From contig JBGSTX010000285.1 in NCBI GenBank assembly GCA_041736305.1, positions 1 through 17,207 of the forward strand: a stretch of 17,207 nt of DNA, read 5' to 3'. Shown here piece after piece: positions 16,851 to 17,207 of this stretch. The notes beneath the pieces are model-generated. The model was not told where the DNA came from, ran no database searches, and was given only the letters and a program-made list of their open reading frames with translations. Source of the DNA: Oligoflexus sp. Its GTDB lineage: Bacteria; Bdellovibrionota_B; Oligoflexia; Oligoflexales; Oligoflexaceae. The first letter of the stretch is position 1. The number at the start of each line of letters is the position of its first letter. Made by a program: the position numbers and the translations under genes.

Positions 16851-17207
16851 GTGCTAAAGCCCATGATTTCGGAAGAGGAAAAGTCCTTCATTGCTGAAGC
16901 TGCCGCCTTTCTCAATCATCCGCGGCTCATGCAAACCCTGCTGACGAGCCTCGGCAAACCATTCGAAGCGATTCATGCCAAGCTTCCTCCAGGCTTGAAA
17001 AACTCTCTCAATGGAACCATTGAAAAGGCGCTGGCGAGCGCATTGAAGATGGCCGTTGAAAGCCTGCACGGTAGTCCAGAAGAGGAGCTTAGCACGGCGG
17101 CGAGACAATCTCACGCTCGCATGACGAGTCTGCTTCACACCGGAGCTACAGCTGTCACCGGTGCCATTGGAGGTCTCATTGGTCCGTGGTCGTTGCCCTT
17201 TGAGCTG
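16851..17207 (+). CDS. EcsC family protein, 5' part only (runs off window)
   Basis: Not in the ORF track. RBS AGAGGA, GTG 16851, open to the end: MLKPMISEEEKSFIAEAAAFLNHPRLMQTLLTSLGKPFEAIHAKLP...EKALASALKMAVESL...HTGATAVTGAIGGLIGPWSLPFEL; the GKP..LP and H...A.TGA.GG..G...L..EL pattern resembles EcsC-family proteins. Confidence 0.75.
   Translation, partial: MLKPMISEEEKSFIAEAAAFLNHPRLMQTLLTSLGKPFEAIHAKLPPGLKNSLNGTIEKALASALKMAVESLHGSPEEELSTAARQSHARMTSLLHTGATAVTGAIGGLIGPWSLPFEL

Noticed and set aside
16854..17138. 94-aa minus-strand ORF
   Set aside because: Antisense shadow of the + strand EcsC-like gene, which has an RBS and continues the operon.

Overview
Gene-dense bacterial chromosomal window with 15 complete CDSs plus one running off the right end. 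No rRNA, tRNA, CRISPR array, transposase, integrase or reverse transcriptase was seen. The many lipoproteins, secreted orphans and GAF kinase would fit a Gram-negative such as Oligoflexia/Bdellovibrionota, but this is inference only. Left to right: secreted hypothetical, Cys-rich sPLA2-like protein, aldo/keto reductase, RmuC, YfcG-type GST, HutD/Ves, small low-complexity protein, MaoC-type dehydratase, alpha/beta-hydrolase lipoprotein, small ribbon-helix-helix protein, 241-aa orphan, GAF histidine kinase converging on a stand-alone receiver protein, DUF1615 lipoprotein, and a likely operon of beta-barrel protein, ABC ATPase, ABC permease and EcsC-family protein (partial). The least explained parts are (i) 8473-10030, where an RHH gene and an orphan are divergent around a 557-bp spacer holding two multi-stem RNA-like structures, and (ii) a perfect 20-bp inverted repeat at 12450-12565 enclosing a TATAAT upstream of the receiver gene.
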